A stretch of 64,000 nucleotides of DNA from an uncultured bacterium (lineage in GTDB: Bacteria > Hydrothermota > UBA3073 > NMUJ01 > CBEVQO01): NCBI GenBank assembly GCA_965552055.1, contig CBEVQO010000005.1, positions 79,597 to 143,596 of the forward strand. The letters are read 5' to 3'. Below are positions 26,492 to 35,829 of the stretch, piece by piece. Below the pieces are notes generated by a model. That model did not search any database. It was not told the DNA's origin and saw only the letters and a program-made list of their open reading frames with translations. How positions within the stretch are numbered: the stretch's first letter is position 1; every line of letters begins with the position of its first letter. Both the position numbers and the translations under genes were made by a program.

Positions 26492-28281
26492 CGGATATTC
26501 TTTATCTATTATTAATACCTGCTGGTGCCGGTGTTTTGAGTTTGTTGTTGCCTCGTCGTGCTAAAATTGGTGCAGAAATAATTGGCTTACTTGGTAGTGC
26601 GGGAGCGCTCTTTTATTGTGTGCTTATCTATTTGCGTTATAACTCATTTACCAATGCATGGTGGAGAATCGATGGATTATCCCGTTTTATACTTTTATTC
26701 TGTGGTATTTTTGGATTTATAATAACTCTTTATTCACTTCCTTATATGAGGAAATTTAAAAAGTTAAATGAGTATTATGGCTATCTGTTATTTACAATTG
26801 CAGGTTCATTTGGTGTGGTTCTTGCCAACAATTTGATTTTATTCCTTGCCTTGTGGGGCTTTTTGGGTTTGACTCTTTATCTTCTGGTAAACATAAGTGA
26901 TGAAGGCTCGCCTGCAGCGAAGAAGACGATGATAATTGTAGGAGGTGCAGATTGTTTGATGATATTCGGGATAGTTGTATTAATTTTGATGACTTTTTCT
27001 TTCAGGATGGACCAGATGAATGTAAATGTTTCGGTTTCTCCTTTAGCGGCTCTTGCCTTTGTTGTTCTTGCACTTGCTGCCTTTGCCAAAGCAGGTGTTA
27101 TGCCCATGCATACATGGATGCCTGATTATACGCAATGTGCACCAACATCCGTAGCTGCTTATCTGCCTGCGTCACTTAATAAATTGTTGGGAATATATCT
27201 GCTTATGAGATTGGTTAAAGATATTTTTAAGTTGAATAATGCTATGCAAATATTTTTGCTTGCTATTGGAGCATTCACTATTATAGCTGGTGTAATGATG
27301 GCGTTAATCCAGCATGATGTTAAAAGAGTGCTTTCTTATGATGCAATATCACAGGTTGGATATATGGTGCTGGGGATAGGGACATTGAATTCCATAGGTT
27401 TTAGCGGAGGTTTATTCCATATGTTAAATAGTGCGATATTTACAGGATGTTTATTTCTTACTGCAGGGAGTGTTGAACACAGGTCAGGCACAACCGACCT
27501 TGATAAACTTGGAGGATTGTCTCGCTATATGCCTGTTACTTTTATTGCATTTATAATATCAGCGCTGGCGATATCAGGAGTGCCGCCACTTAATGGCTTT
27601 TTCAGTAAATGGATGATTTATCAGGGGATAATTAAGCTTGGTGAAAAGAGTAAACTTTGGATTTTGTGGATTGCGTGTGCGATGTTTGGTAGTGCGTTGA
27701 CCCTTGCAAGTTTTATGAAGCTTTTGCATGCAATTTTCCTCGGACAAAAAGCCGATTATAAGAAAGAAATAAAAGAGGTGAATTTTGCAATGTTGCTACC
27801 GCAAATGTTCCTTGCTGCTTTATGCTTTGTATTTGGTATATGGGCATTTAATGTTCCACTGAGTAAATTGATTTATCCTGCTGTTGGAAGTGTGCCTCAT
27901 TTTGTAGGCTGGTGGGAGCCCTGTCTTGCTACGATTTTGATAATCGTGGGAATATTAATAGGTGCTATAATTTATGTTGCTGGAAAAGTGAAGGTCAGGG
28001 AAGAGGAGCATCCATTTATCGGTGGAGAGATTTTACCAGAAGAAGCAAGGATTACGGGTGTAGATTTTTATAAGACAGTAGAAGAGATGTGCGTTATAAG
28101 GACTTTTTACGGCTTGGCAAAGAAAAAATTGTTCGATATTTATGAATTGTGCAAAAGAATGTTTCTCTATCTTGGAAGTAAGATTTCGAAGTTGCATACT
28201 GGTGTTTTGACATCTTATATTGGCTGGATATTCTTTGGTTTTATCATAATTTTATTCGTGGTTTGGATGCTTAAATGGTAG
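26488..28281 (+). CDS. MrpA/NuoL-like antiporter-type membrane subunit (proton-conducting membrane transporter family)
   Basis: 597 aa with ~16 TM helices. The WMPDYTQCAPTSVAAYLPASLNKLLGIYLLMRL core is typical of the NuoL/MrpA/MrpD family. Confidence 0.8.
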   Translation: MTDILYLLLIPAGAGVLSLLLPRRAKIGAEIIGLLGSAGALFYCVLIYLRYNSFTNAWWRIDGLSRFILLFCGIFGFIITLYSLPYMRKFKKLNEYYGYLLFTIAGSFGVVLANNLILFLALWGFLGLTLYLLVNISDEGSPAAKKTMIIVGGADCLMIFGIVVLILMTFSFRMDQMNVNVSVSPLAALAFVVLALAAFAKAGVMPMHTWMPDYTQCAPTSVAAYLPASLNKLLGIYLLMRLVKDIFKLNNAMQIFLLAIGAFTIIAGVMMALIQHDVKRVLSYDAISQVGYMVLGIGTLNSIGFSGGLFHMLNSAIFTGCLFLTAGSVEHRSGTTDLDKLGGLSRYMPVTFIAFIISALAISGVPPLNGFFSKWMIYQGIIKLGEKSKLWILWIACAMFGSALTLASFMKLLHAIFLGQKADYKKEIKEVNFAMLLPQMFLAALCFVFGIWAFNVPLSKLIYPAVGSVPHFVGWWEPCLATILIIVGILIGAIIYVAGKVKVREEEHPFIGGEILPEEARITGVDFYKTVEEMCVIRTFYGLAKKKLFDIYELCKRMFLYLGSKISKLHTGVLTSYIGWIFFGFIIILFVVWMLKW

Positions 28282-28823
28282 ACCTTTATATCATAATTGG
28301 GATTATGATTTTAAGTGCCATAATTGCTCTTGAAGTACGGGACCTTATTTCTTCGATTATATGTGCTGGTGTGTGTGGTTTTGCACTTGTTTTTGTGTTT
28401 CTGCGTTTACATGCACCTGACCTTGCGGTCGTTCAAATGATTGTGGAAACTCTATCTTTAATAATTTTAATAGCAGCAATTTTGAGGACTACAAGAGAAG
28501 ATGTTCAGGAAGGGATTTCATTTAACAAAGTAATTTTGTATCTTGGAGGACTATTTTTTGTGATAATATTTATGATATTTGCATATAATGTTATAAATGA
28601 TATGGCGAAGTTTGGAGAGCCATATTTGAGAATGTCTTATCCTTATATTGAGCAAGGTGTTAGAAGTTTATTCAATGGTGGTCCAAAAGTTGCGAATATT
28701 GTGGGAGCTGTTCTGCTTGATTTCAGGGGATATGATGCACTTGGATGTGCTACAGTGCTGTTTGCCTCTGCGATAGGTGTTCTTGTAGTTTTGAGGAAAA
28801 TAGGTAGAAAAAAGGATGTTTAA
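28275..28823 (+). CDS. MbhD/MrpA-C-terminal-like (DUF4040-type) small membrane subunit
   Basis: 182 aa with 4-5 TM helices, located in the Mrp module. Confidence 0.55.
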   Translation: MVDLYIIIGIMILSAIIALEVRDLISSIICAGVCGFALVFVFLRLHAPDLAVVQMIVETLSLIILIAAILRTTREDVQEGISFNKVILYLGGLFFVIIFMIFAYNVINDMAKFGEPYLRMSYPYIEQGVRSLFNGGPKVANIVGAVLLDFRGYDALGCATVLFASAIGVLVVLRKIGRKKDV

Positions 28824-29217
28824 ATTTGATAAATATTTAAAGGAAGCAAAGAGATATATTGAAAAAGGGGATGCGGTGCAGGCAAGCGAGAAACTTTATA
28901 AGTGTGGTAAAGAAGCGATAAAATTGCTAGCTGAAACTTTTGATATTGAAGAAAATAAAGAAGCAAAAGAGATGGGAAGATGGTATACGCCTTTACTTGG
29001 AAATGCTGCGATTAGATTGAGTAAAATTGTGGATAGCAGGATATTTGCTTTTTGGAAGACAGTTTATTATTTGCATTGTGAAGGGTTTCATGAGCGTCAT
29101 CTTGATGTTGAAAATGTAAGAGAAAATCTTAAAGATATTGAAGAATTGGTTGAAATAGCGAAGAAATATAAAAATGAAAGAGGGATAAATGAAGGAAGGG
29201 ATGAGTTTGATAGTTAA
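28816..29217 (+). CDS. Small helical protein, family X copy D (~35% identical to A-C)
   Basis: AKRYIEKGDAVQASEKLYKCGKEAIKLL...LHCEGFHERHLD. The same 8-nt overlap style (ATGTTTAA) with the upstream gene. Confidence 0.5.
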   Translation: MFKFDKYLKEAKRYIEKGDAVQASEKLYKCGKEAIKLLAETFDIEENKEAKEMGRWYTPLLGNAAIRLSKIVDSRIFAFWKTVYYLHCEGFHERHLDVENVRENLKDIEELVEIAKKYKNERGINEGRDEFDS

Positions 29218-29626
29218 AACAGTTGCAAGGATTTTAAGCTGGGTAATAGCACTTTATGGTGCTTACATTGTGGCGCATGGTCATCTTACACCTGGTGGTG
29301 GTTTTGCAGGGGGTGCTATAATTGCCTGTGCTTTTATTCTGCTGTTCCTCGCTTACGGGTCCGAGGTGAAAGAAAGCCGGGTTAAGCTTTTACAGGCGTT
29401 ATTTGCAGGAAGCCTTGGAGTATTCTTCTTCTGGCTGATTGCACTACTTGGATTATGTTTCGGAACATACTTCTTCTCAAACTTATTTGCTAAGGGTAAA
29501 GCATTTTGTCTTTTTAGTGGTGGGATAATTCCTGTTTGTAATGCTACGATAGGTTTTGGAGTGGCAGGTGCTTTGTGTATGATATTCATAGGTTTTGCTG
29601 CAATTAAATTATTGGAAGGAAAATGA
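29189..29626 (+). CDS. MrpB/MnhB-like membrane subunit
   Basis: HGHLTPGGGFAGGAI signature of MnhB-family subunits. Confidence 0.75.
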   Translation: MKEGMSLIVKTVARILSWVIALYGAYIVAHGHLTPGGGFAGGAIIACAFILLFLAYGSEVKESRVKLLQALFAGSLGVFFFWLIALLGLCFGTYFFSNLFAKGKAFCLFSGGIIPVCNATIGFGVAGALCMIFIGFAAIKLLEGK

Positions 29627-29973
29627 TTTATTATTTGCTTGGAATATTGCTTTTTGCGATAGGGCTGTATGGAGTGCTTACAAAGAGGAATCTATTTAAA
29701 ATAATAATTGGCTTGCTGATAATAGAATATGCTGTATTTTTGATGTTTGCACTTGTGGGATACAGAGAAGGAGGCATTGCTCCTGTTTTTGTGAAAGGCT
29801 TATCAGCAGGAGATGCGATACAAAAAATGGTTGACCCTATTCCTCAATCACTGGCTCTAACTGTGATGATTATTGGATTGGGTGCTATTGCATTGATATG
29901 TGCACTTGCCGTAAGGATTTATGAAAAATATGGTACACTCGATGTCAGGAAAATTAAGAAATTAAAAGGATGA
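29623..29973 (+). CDS. MrpC/NuoK-like membrane subunit
   Basis: 116 aa with three TM helices. YLLGILLFAIGLYGVLTKRNLFKIIIGLLIIEYAV is typical of NuoK/MrpC. Confidence 0.8.
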   Translation: MIYYLLGILLFAIGLYGVLTKRNLFKIIIGLLIIEYAVFLMFALVGYREGGIAPVFVKGLSAGDAIQKMVDPIPQSLALTVMIIGLGAIALICALAVRIYEKYGTLDVRKIKKLKG

Positions 29974-30332
29974 TGGGCATGGTGGAAGTTAAAATTAAAA
30001 TGATAAATCCCCAGAATGGTAAAAAAATGTGTGAGTTAAACTTTGTAGCAGATACAGGTTCGATTTACAGTGTGGTATCTGTTGAGGAACTTTCAAAGAT
30101 AGGGATAACTCCTCGGTATGAGCGTGAGTTTAAAACTATTGACGGTAAAAAGATTCGTCGCAAAGTTGGCATTGCAATATTTAAATACAAAGAATATGAA
30201 GGAGGAGCTCCTGTGATTTTTGGTGAAAAAGAAGATATGAATGTGCTTGGTGTTACTGCACTCGAAGCAATGGGACTGGAAGTTGACCCTGTAAATAAAG
30301 AATTAAAACCTGTAGAATTATTGTTGCTATGA
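29970..30332 (+). CDS. Retropepsin-like small aspartic protease, paralog 3
   Basis: FVADTGSIYSVV (D-T-G-S). 120 aa. The ATG overlaps the upstream stop as ATGA, and the downstream start overlaps this gene's stop as ATGA. Confidence 0.55.
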   Translation: MMGMVEVKIKMINPQNGKKMCELNFVADTGSIYSVVSVEELSKIGITPRYEREFKTIDGKKIRRKVGIAIFKYKEYEGGAPVIFGEKEDMNVLGVTALEAMGLEVDPVNKELKPVELLLL

Positions 30333-31813
30333 TGGAGTGGAGCATTCCAATATTTGTTGCTATACCTTTATTCTTTGCGTTTATTTTACCGATTGCAGGT
30401 AGGAAGTCAGAGAGGGTGGGTGATGTGCTTGCAAATATAGGGACACTTACTACATTAATATTCGCTATACTGAATGTTAAATTTATGAAAGAAACATCGG
30501 TATATTATGTCGGAGGATGGAAGTTGCCCATGGGAATCTATCTTGTGCGTGATGCACTTACAATATTTATGCTCATTACGGTAAATCTTGTTGCGTTTAT
30601 GTCAACTTTATTCTCAATAAATTATATGCAGAAATTTACAGATAAAACAAAATATTATGCATTATTTATGTTGATGCTTGCTGGTATGAATGGTGTGATA
30701 ATTACAGGTGACTTTTTCAACCTTTATGTTTTCCTTGAGATAGCTGCGATTGCATCTTATGCACTTGTAGCGTATGGGATAGAATCAGAAGAGTTAGAAT
30801 CTGCATTCAAATATCAGGTGATGGGAAGTGTCGGTTCTGCATTTATTCTTCTGGCAATAATTCTGATTTATTCTCATACAGGTACATTGAATATGGCTGA
30901 TGTAGGTAAAGTTCTTAAAGAAAAAGGTTTATCAAATCTTTTAATTTTTACAAGTGTTTTATTTATCGTTGGCTTTGGTATAAAGGCTGGTGTTATTCCT
31001 TTCCATGCGTGGTTGCCCGATGCACATCCATCTGCACCTGCACCAATATCCGCAATGCTATCAGGAGCTGCGATAAAAGTAATGGGAATCTATCCATTAA
31101 TCAGAATAATTTATAATGTAATAGGGTTTAATGAATTGTTCTCCAACATTTTGATGATTCTTGCTGTCATTTCAATAATAATCGGTGATTTACTTGCACT
31201 GTTGCAATGGGATTATAAGCGTTTGCTTGCATATTCGAGTATAAGCCACATCGGATTCATATTGCTTGCTGTGGGATTGGGTACGCCTCTTGGAATTCTT
31301 GCAGGATTATTCCATTTATTTAATCATTCTGTTATTAAAGCGTTGTTATTCCTGAATTCTGGTAGTATTGTTTATTCTGCTGGTACTAGGGATTTAAAAG
31401 AGATGGGAGGATTAGATAAAGATATGCCTGTGACAAGTAAAACAAATCTAATAGGTTCTATGTCTATTGCAGGTATTCCGCCATTTAATGGATTCTGGTC
31501 GAAGTTGCTGATTATAGTGGCGTGTATTACAGCGGGTAAAGCGGGCTATGCATGGTGGGCGATAGCAGGTAGTATAATCACACTCGCTGTGTTTGCCAAA
31601 GCATACAAATATGTATTCTGTGGTGAAAGTAAGAAAAAAGTTAAAGAATCACCTGCATGGATGTGTATAGCGATGATAATACTGGCAATAATTTGTGTTG
31701 CAGGAGGATTGTTGCTCTTACCAGAAGTAAAAGTCGCTTTCTTAAATCCAGTAGTGGAAGTGATTAGAGGAGGTTTACAGTATATCGATAGGGTGCTGGG
31801 AGGATTGCAATGA
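30329..31813 (+). CDS. MrpD/NuoN-like antiporter-type membrane subunit
   Basis: HAWLPDAHPSAPAPISAMLSGAAIKVMGIYPLIRI core and ~14 TM helices. Confidence 0.85.
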   Translation: MMEWSIPIFVAIPLFFAFILPIAGRKSERVGDVLANIGTLTTLIFAILNVKFMKETSVYYVGGWKLPMGIYLVRDALTIFMLITVNLVAFMSTLFSINYMQKFTDKTKYYALFMLMLAGMNGVIITGDFFNLYVFLEIAAIASYALVAYGIESEELESAFKYQVMGSVGSAFILLAIILIYSHTGTLNMADVGKVLKEKGLSNLLIFTSVLFIVGFGIKAGVIPFHAWLPDAHPSAPAPISAMLSGAAIKVMGIYPLIRIIYNVIGFNELFSNILMILAVISIIIGDLLALLQWDYKRLLAYSSISHIGFILLAVGLGTPLGILAGLFHLFNHSVIKALLFLNSGSIVYSAGTRDLKEMGGLDKDMPVTSKTNLIGSMSIAGIPPFNGFWSKLLIIVACITAGKAGYAWWAIAGSIITLAVFAKAYKYVFCGESKKKVKESPAWMCIAMIILAIICVAGGLLLLPEVKVAFLNPVVEVIRGGLQYIDRVLGGLQ

Positions 31814-32295
31814 GGTATATCGTTTTGTTCATCTTTGCTTATGTAATGTGGATTCTGCTGACCTGTGCCGTTGACTGGCAGCATTTACTTACAGGCGCAC
31901 TTGTATCTTTACTTATCACAATAATTTTTGGCAAAAGTGCATTCGCCGGTAAGGTTAAATTCTTTGATTTAAGAAGATGGTTCTGGTTTATAGTTTACAT
32001 CTTTGTATTTTTATGGGAATGTATAAAGGCAAATATTGATGTTGCGTACAGGGTTATTCATCCTCTTATGCCGATAAAACCTGGAATTGTGAAAGTTAAA
32101 ACAAATTTGAAGTCGGACATTGCGAAAACATGGCTGGCAAATTCAATAACAATGACACCGGGAACATTATCTGTGGATATAGATGGGGAATACCTTTATG
32201 TCCACTGGATGTATGTGAGGGATGAAAGTTTGGAAGGTGCTACAGAAAAAATAGTCGGTAGATTTGAAAAGTTACTTATGAGAATATTTGAATAG
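31810..32295 (+). CDS. MrpE-like subunit
   Basis: 161 aa with two N-terminal TM helices plus a soluble tail, in the MrpE position of the Mrp gene order. Confidence 0.65.
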   Translation: MRYIVLFIFAYVMWILLTCAVDWQHLLTGALVSLLITIIFGKSAFAGKVKFFDLRRWFWFIVYIFVFLWECIKANIDVAYRVIHPLMPIKPGIVKVKTNLKSDIAKTWLANSITMTPGTLSVDIDGEYLYVHWMYVRDESLEGATEKIVGRFEKLLMRIFE

Positions 32296-32303
32296 GAGCA
32301 GTT

Positions 32304-32558
32304 ATGATGCCACTAATTTTAATATTGATAGGAATAATGGTGCTGTGCCTGATAAGAGTATGGTCTGGTCCCACTATTGCCGATAGGCTTGTTGCAGTTA
32401 ATATGTTTGGGATAATTATGGCAGGAATTACAGGGTTGCTTTCGATTCTTTTCTATCGGGAATTCCTTATAGATATTGCTCTTGCATGTATTTTTTTGCT
32501 TTTCATAGGCACAATAGCGTTTGCGAAATATCTGGAAAAGAGGAGGTTTGATGATTGA
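32304..32558 (+). CDS. MrpF-like subunit
   Basis: 84 aa. IRVWSGPTIADRLVAVNMFGIIMAG is the MrpF/PhaF signature. Confidence 0.75.
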   Translation: MMPLILILIGIMVLCLIRVWSGPTIADRLVAVNMFGIIMAGITGLLSILFYREFLIDIALACIFLLFIGTIAFAKYLEKRRFDD

Positions 32559-32892
32559 GAAAATAGGTTTTGTAATAATATGCATTGGAATTGCTTTTAA
32601 CTTCTTCGGGATACTTGGGTTATTGCGTTTACCCGATGTTTACAATAGATTACAGGCATCTACAAAATGTGTAGCTCTTGGCACATGCGGGATAATGTTT
32701 GGTGTATTTTTGATGGCACTGGCGAAAGGAATGATAAGTTTGGGTATAAAAGCACTTGTTGCAATACCTTTAATTTTCATTACATTAGCTACCGGTTCAC
32801 ATGCACTCGCAAGGGGAGCACATAAATTTGGCATAAAGCTATGGGAAAAGAGCATCTGCGATAAATATAAAGAAGATAAGGGGGATAAATGA
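32551..32892 (+). CDS. MrpG/MnhG-like subunit
   Basis: GILGLLRLPDVYNRLQASTKCVALG is the MnhG signature. Start at the ATG with an AGGAGG ribosome-binding site. Confidence 0.75.
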   Translation: MIEKIGFVIICIGIAFNFFGILGLLRLPDVYNRLQASTKCVALGTCGIMFGVFLMALAKGMISLGIKALVAIPLIFITLATGSHALARGAHKFGIKLWEKSICDKYKEDKGDK

Positions 32893-33509
32893 AATTGCCG
32901 AAAATTAGAGAATTGGGAGAAGCTTTGAAAGCAATTTTTACAGGTCCCTATACTCTTAAATTCCCGGCAGGTCCGCCAGCAGAAACCACCAAATACTACA
33001 GGGGAAAGCCTGTGCCAGACGACGATTATTGCGTGGGATGCACTGCATGCGCATCAGTGTGTCCTTCAAAAGCAATAGAAGTGGAAGATGACCCGAAAAA
33101 GGGAATAAGAAAAATAATAAGAAGATACGATAAATGCATATACTGTGGGCAATGTGAAAGATATTGTCTCACAGAAAAAGGTGTTCACCTGACACAGGAA
33201 TGGGATTTAGCGGGATTCAAGCGCGATGAGATGCGATATGTCCAGGAAAAAGAATTAGTAGTTTGTGATAGATGCGGAGAAGTGATAAGCACAAAGCAAC
33301 ATCTTTTATGGCTTGCACATAAACTTGGAGAAATGGCTTACGGAAATTATCCTTTGATTTTGGTATCCTATGATAAATTACAAATTGTAAAACCTGTTCG
33401 CGAAAAAATAGAAAAAGAAAAACCAGTAACAAGGCAGGACTTTTTCAGAATCTTATGCCCCAAATGTAAACACATAGTCATCCTTTACGATAAATACGCG
33501 ATAAGGTGA
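32889..33509 (+). CDS. NuoI/MbhN-like 2x[4Fe-4S] hydrogenase subunit
   Basis: CVGCTACASVCP and CIYCGQCERYC motifs. Confidence 0.85.
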   Translation: MKLPKIRELGEALKAIFTGPYTLKFPAGPPAETTKYYRGKPVPDDDYCVGCTACASVCPSKAIEVEDDPKKGIRKIIRRYDKCIYCGQCERYCLTEKGVHLTQEWDLAGFKRDEMRYVQEKELVVCDRCGEVISTKQHLLWLAHKLGEMAYGNYPLILVSYDKLQIVKPVREKIEKEKPVTRQDFFRILCPKCKHIVILYDKYAIR

Positions 33510-33946
33510 AAATAGTAGTTTGTGGTGTAGGTAACAGATTGAGGGGCGATGACGCAATAGGTTTACTTATAATAGAAGAACTCAAAAAAGAAAATTTGAA
33601 CGCAATACTTATAAATGCAGGAAGTGCACCTGAAAATTATCTTCAAAAAATAATAAATCATAATCCGGATATTTTGCTAATCATAGATGCTGTGGACTTC
33701 AAAGGCATACCTGGTCAGACAAAAATTGTTAATGTAGAAGAATTGGAAGATAAGTTTTTTTCAACACATTCCCTTTCTTTAAAATTTCTGACACAATACT
33801 TAAAACAATTTTTACCTGATTTGAAAATTTTGCTGATAGGCATTCAGCCAAAAGATACAAATTTAAGAGAAGGAATAACAAAAGAATTAAAAGAAAAATT
33901 ACCACAAATTAAAAAAGAAATTATCAAAATGCTAAAAAATTATTAG
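33506..33946 (+). CDS. Hydrogenase maturation endopeptidase (HycI/HybD family)
   Basis: KIVVCGVGNRLRGDDAIGLLI is the GxGNxxxxDDGxG nickel-dependent C-terminal processing protease signature. Confidence 0.85.
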   Translation: MKIVVCGVGNRLRGDDAIGLLIIEELKKENLNAILINAGSAPENYLQKIINHNPDILLIIDAVDFKGIPGQTKIVNVEELEDKFFSTHSLSLKFLTQYLKQFLPDLKILLIGIQPKDTNLREGITKELKEKLPQIKKEIIKMLKNY

Positions 33947-34246
33947 CCCCACCTCCCAGTCCCCGCCTTCCCATGTGCACACCCCTCGCAAGGCACAGCC
34001 TTGACAACACCATAGCTCTATAAACGCCCTTCCCGTAAAACCCGACCCATACGCCCCAAAATCACAAAGTACCTTGCTCGGGGTGTGACAAAATACCCAT
34101 TGGTGATAGGCTCGCTTACGCTCGCATTAAAAATTTTTTGATATGCACCCTCGCTAACAAAATGTGATTCATCTTCCACTGCTCGGGTGTGACAAATATT
34201 CTTATGTGAAACACGCTCCGCCCGTAATAAAAACCCAAATCCCCAC
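33947..34246 (+). repeat. GC-rich intergenic repeat R2 (head-core-tail motifs with internal sub-repeats)
   Basis: Starts TTAGCCCCACCTCCCAGTCCCCGCC...TGCACACCCCTCGC. It contains two copies of GCTCGGGGTGTGAC and of CCCGTAA(A/T)AA, plus the tail CTCGCTTACGCTCGCATTAAAAATTTT shared with R3. GC content is far above the flanking DNA. Confidence 0.7.
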
Positions 34247-34273
34247 TTGACAAAATTAGATTTTTATTATAAT
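34247..34273 (+). promoter_or_regulatory. Promoter-like TTGACA-N15-TATAAT followed by an AGGAGG ribosome-binding site
   Basis: TTGACA at 34247-34252 and TATAAT at 34268-34273. Upstream of the 34325 gene. Confidence 0.5.
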
Positions 34274-34324
34274 ATTAGATATGTCTAACAATGTTTGGGA
34301 TATAGAATTAAAAAGGAGGGTGGG

Positions 34325-35314
34325 ATGAGGTGTGTGTTTGTTGTGGTTGTGGGAGGCGGTCTTTTCTTTTCGTCCATTGAGGCTGTATTTGCTGAGCCGA
34401 CCGTAGGGTGTCCTCACGATGTGGGCAAAGGTAAATTCAAAGTTCGCAATAGAACAGCGTATATTCGGGCATCGAAATGCTACTCTGACGAAGTATGGAA
34501 GGCGCTTCGCGATAGTTCACAGTACTCAAAAGATTATGACAAAATGGTGGGTTTGCCAGAGGGCTGGCATATGAAGAAGAACAAAATTGCAATAGGATTG
34601 GAGTATGGGATTATTGATAGGCTAAGTGTGGGAATCTTCCTTCCTTATGTGGTGAAAGATTTAAAGAGACAGGTCTGGTCGAAGCAGGCTAATAAAACTG
34701 TATGGAAGGAGGTTAAGGATAGTGGACTTGAGGATTTCTGGCTATCGGTCAAATATCTGGTATATTCAAAATCCAAAGGATTACTGGGCTTTAACTGGGA
34801 GGATGGGCTTTTTGTTGCCCTCAGCTATAAGCCTTCTGTTAGTTCTGATGAGAAGATTAAAAATGGTATAGGAAGCGGAGCAAATGAGTTTAAATTTGTG
34901 GTTCTCTCTCATCCTCATTTTACCGAGAACTTCTTCCTGTGTAGCGATGTATGGTATCAATACAGAGGAAAGGTCAAAGAGATAGATGGCTTTTCGAAGT
35001 CTGGCTGGGAACTTGGAGATAGATTTGGGTATCGTTTCTTTTTTGGATATGAGTTTAAAAAATTCGCCATAGTTGGTGGTCCACAGGGTTGGCTTGCCCA
35101 AAGTAATAAAGATAAAGACGGAAAAGAAATTGAAGATAGTAATATGTATTCCCACGGAATAGTGGTAAAATTGCGATACCAACCATTTGGGGATGAAGAG
35201 GCAGGCTCCATAGACCTTGGTATAAGAATACCTTATGCAAATAAAACCGCTTTTGCTCCTGATTTTATGCCGGTTATCTGTGGAAGAATGAAATTTGGCA
35301 AATTTAATTTTTAA
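34325..35314 (+). CDS. Hypothetical outer-membrane beta-barrel-like protein
   Basis: Signal peptide. Alternating hydrophobic strands. A C-terminal ...RMKFGKFNF ending in Phe is typical of OMP beta-barrels. Start at the ATG after the AGGAGG ribosome-binding site. Confidence 0.45.
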   Translation: MRCVFVVVVGGGLFFSSIEAVFAEPTVGCPHDVGKGKFKVRNRTAYIRASKCYSDEVWKALRDSSQYSKDYDKMVGLPEGWHMKKNKIAIGLEYGIIDRLSVGIFLPYVVKDLKRQVWSKQANKTVWKEVKDSGLEDFWLSVKYLVYSKSKGLLGFNWEDGLFVALSYKPSVSSDEKIKNGIGSGANEFKFVVLSHPHFTENFFLCSDVWYQYRGKVKEIDGFSKSGWELGDRFGYRFFFGYEFKKFAIVGGPQGWLAQSNKDKDGKEIEDSNMYSHGIVVKLRYQPFGDEEAGSIDLGIRIPYANKTAFAPDFMPVICGRMKFGKFNF

Positions 35315-35346
35315 TTGACTTTTTGAATTTAAAATTATAATTATCT

Positions 35347-35823
35347 GTGAAGAAGAATTTAACTGCGAGTCTGGAAGATTATTTAGAAGCAATATTTATT
35401 ATTTCTCAAAGCCATAAAGTAGTGCGTGTTAAGGATTTGGTGAAACATTTAAAAGTAGCAGGTGCATCTGTTGAAAATGCTTTAAAAATTCTAAAAGAAA
35501 AAGGATTGATTAATCATGAAAAATACGGTTACATAGAGCTAACGGAAAAAGGTGAAAAGGAGGCACAAAAAATCTATGAGCGTCATAAAGTGCTTCAAAG
35601 ATTTTTTTCGCAGATTTTAGGTTTGGATGAATCAACAGCACAAAAGGATGCCTGTGCAATCGAGCATTACATAAGTGAGGAAGGATTAGAAAGATTAATC
35701 AAATTTTTGAAATTTATAGAAGAATGTCCACAAGGAACTCCAAACTGGCTGAAAAGTTTACACTACTATTTTAAGACAGGAAAAAGACCGGAAGAATGTC
35801 CAAAAAGGAAATCCGCCGATTAA
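35347..35823 (+). CDS. DtxR/MntR-family metal-dependent transcriptional repressor
   Basis: N-terminal LEDYLEAIFIISQSHKVVRVKDLVKHLKVAGASVENALKILKEKGLI winged-helix region, then a dimerisation region ERHKVLQRFF. GTG start. Confidence 0.8.
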   Translation: MKKNLTASLEDYLEAIFIISQSHKVVRVKDLVKHLKVAGASVENALKILKEKGLINHEKYGYIELTEKGEKEAQKIYERHKVLQRFFSQILGLDESTAQKDACAIEHYISEEGLERLIKFLKFIEECPQGTPNWLKSLHYYFKTGKRPEECPKRKSAD

Positions 35824-35829
35824 TTAAAT

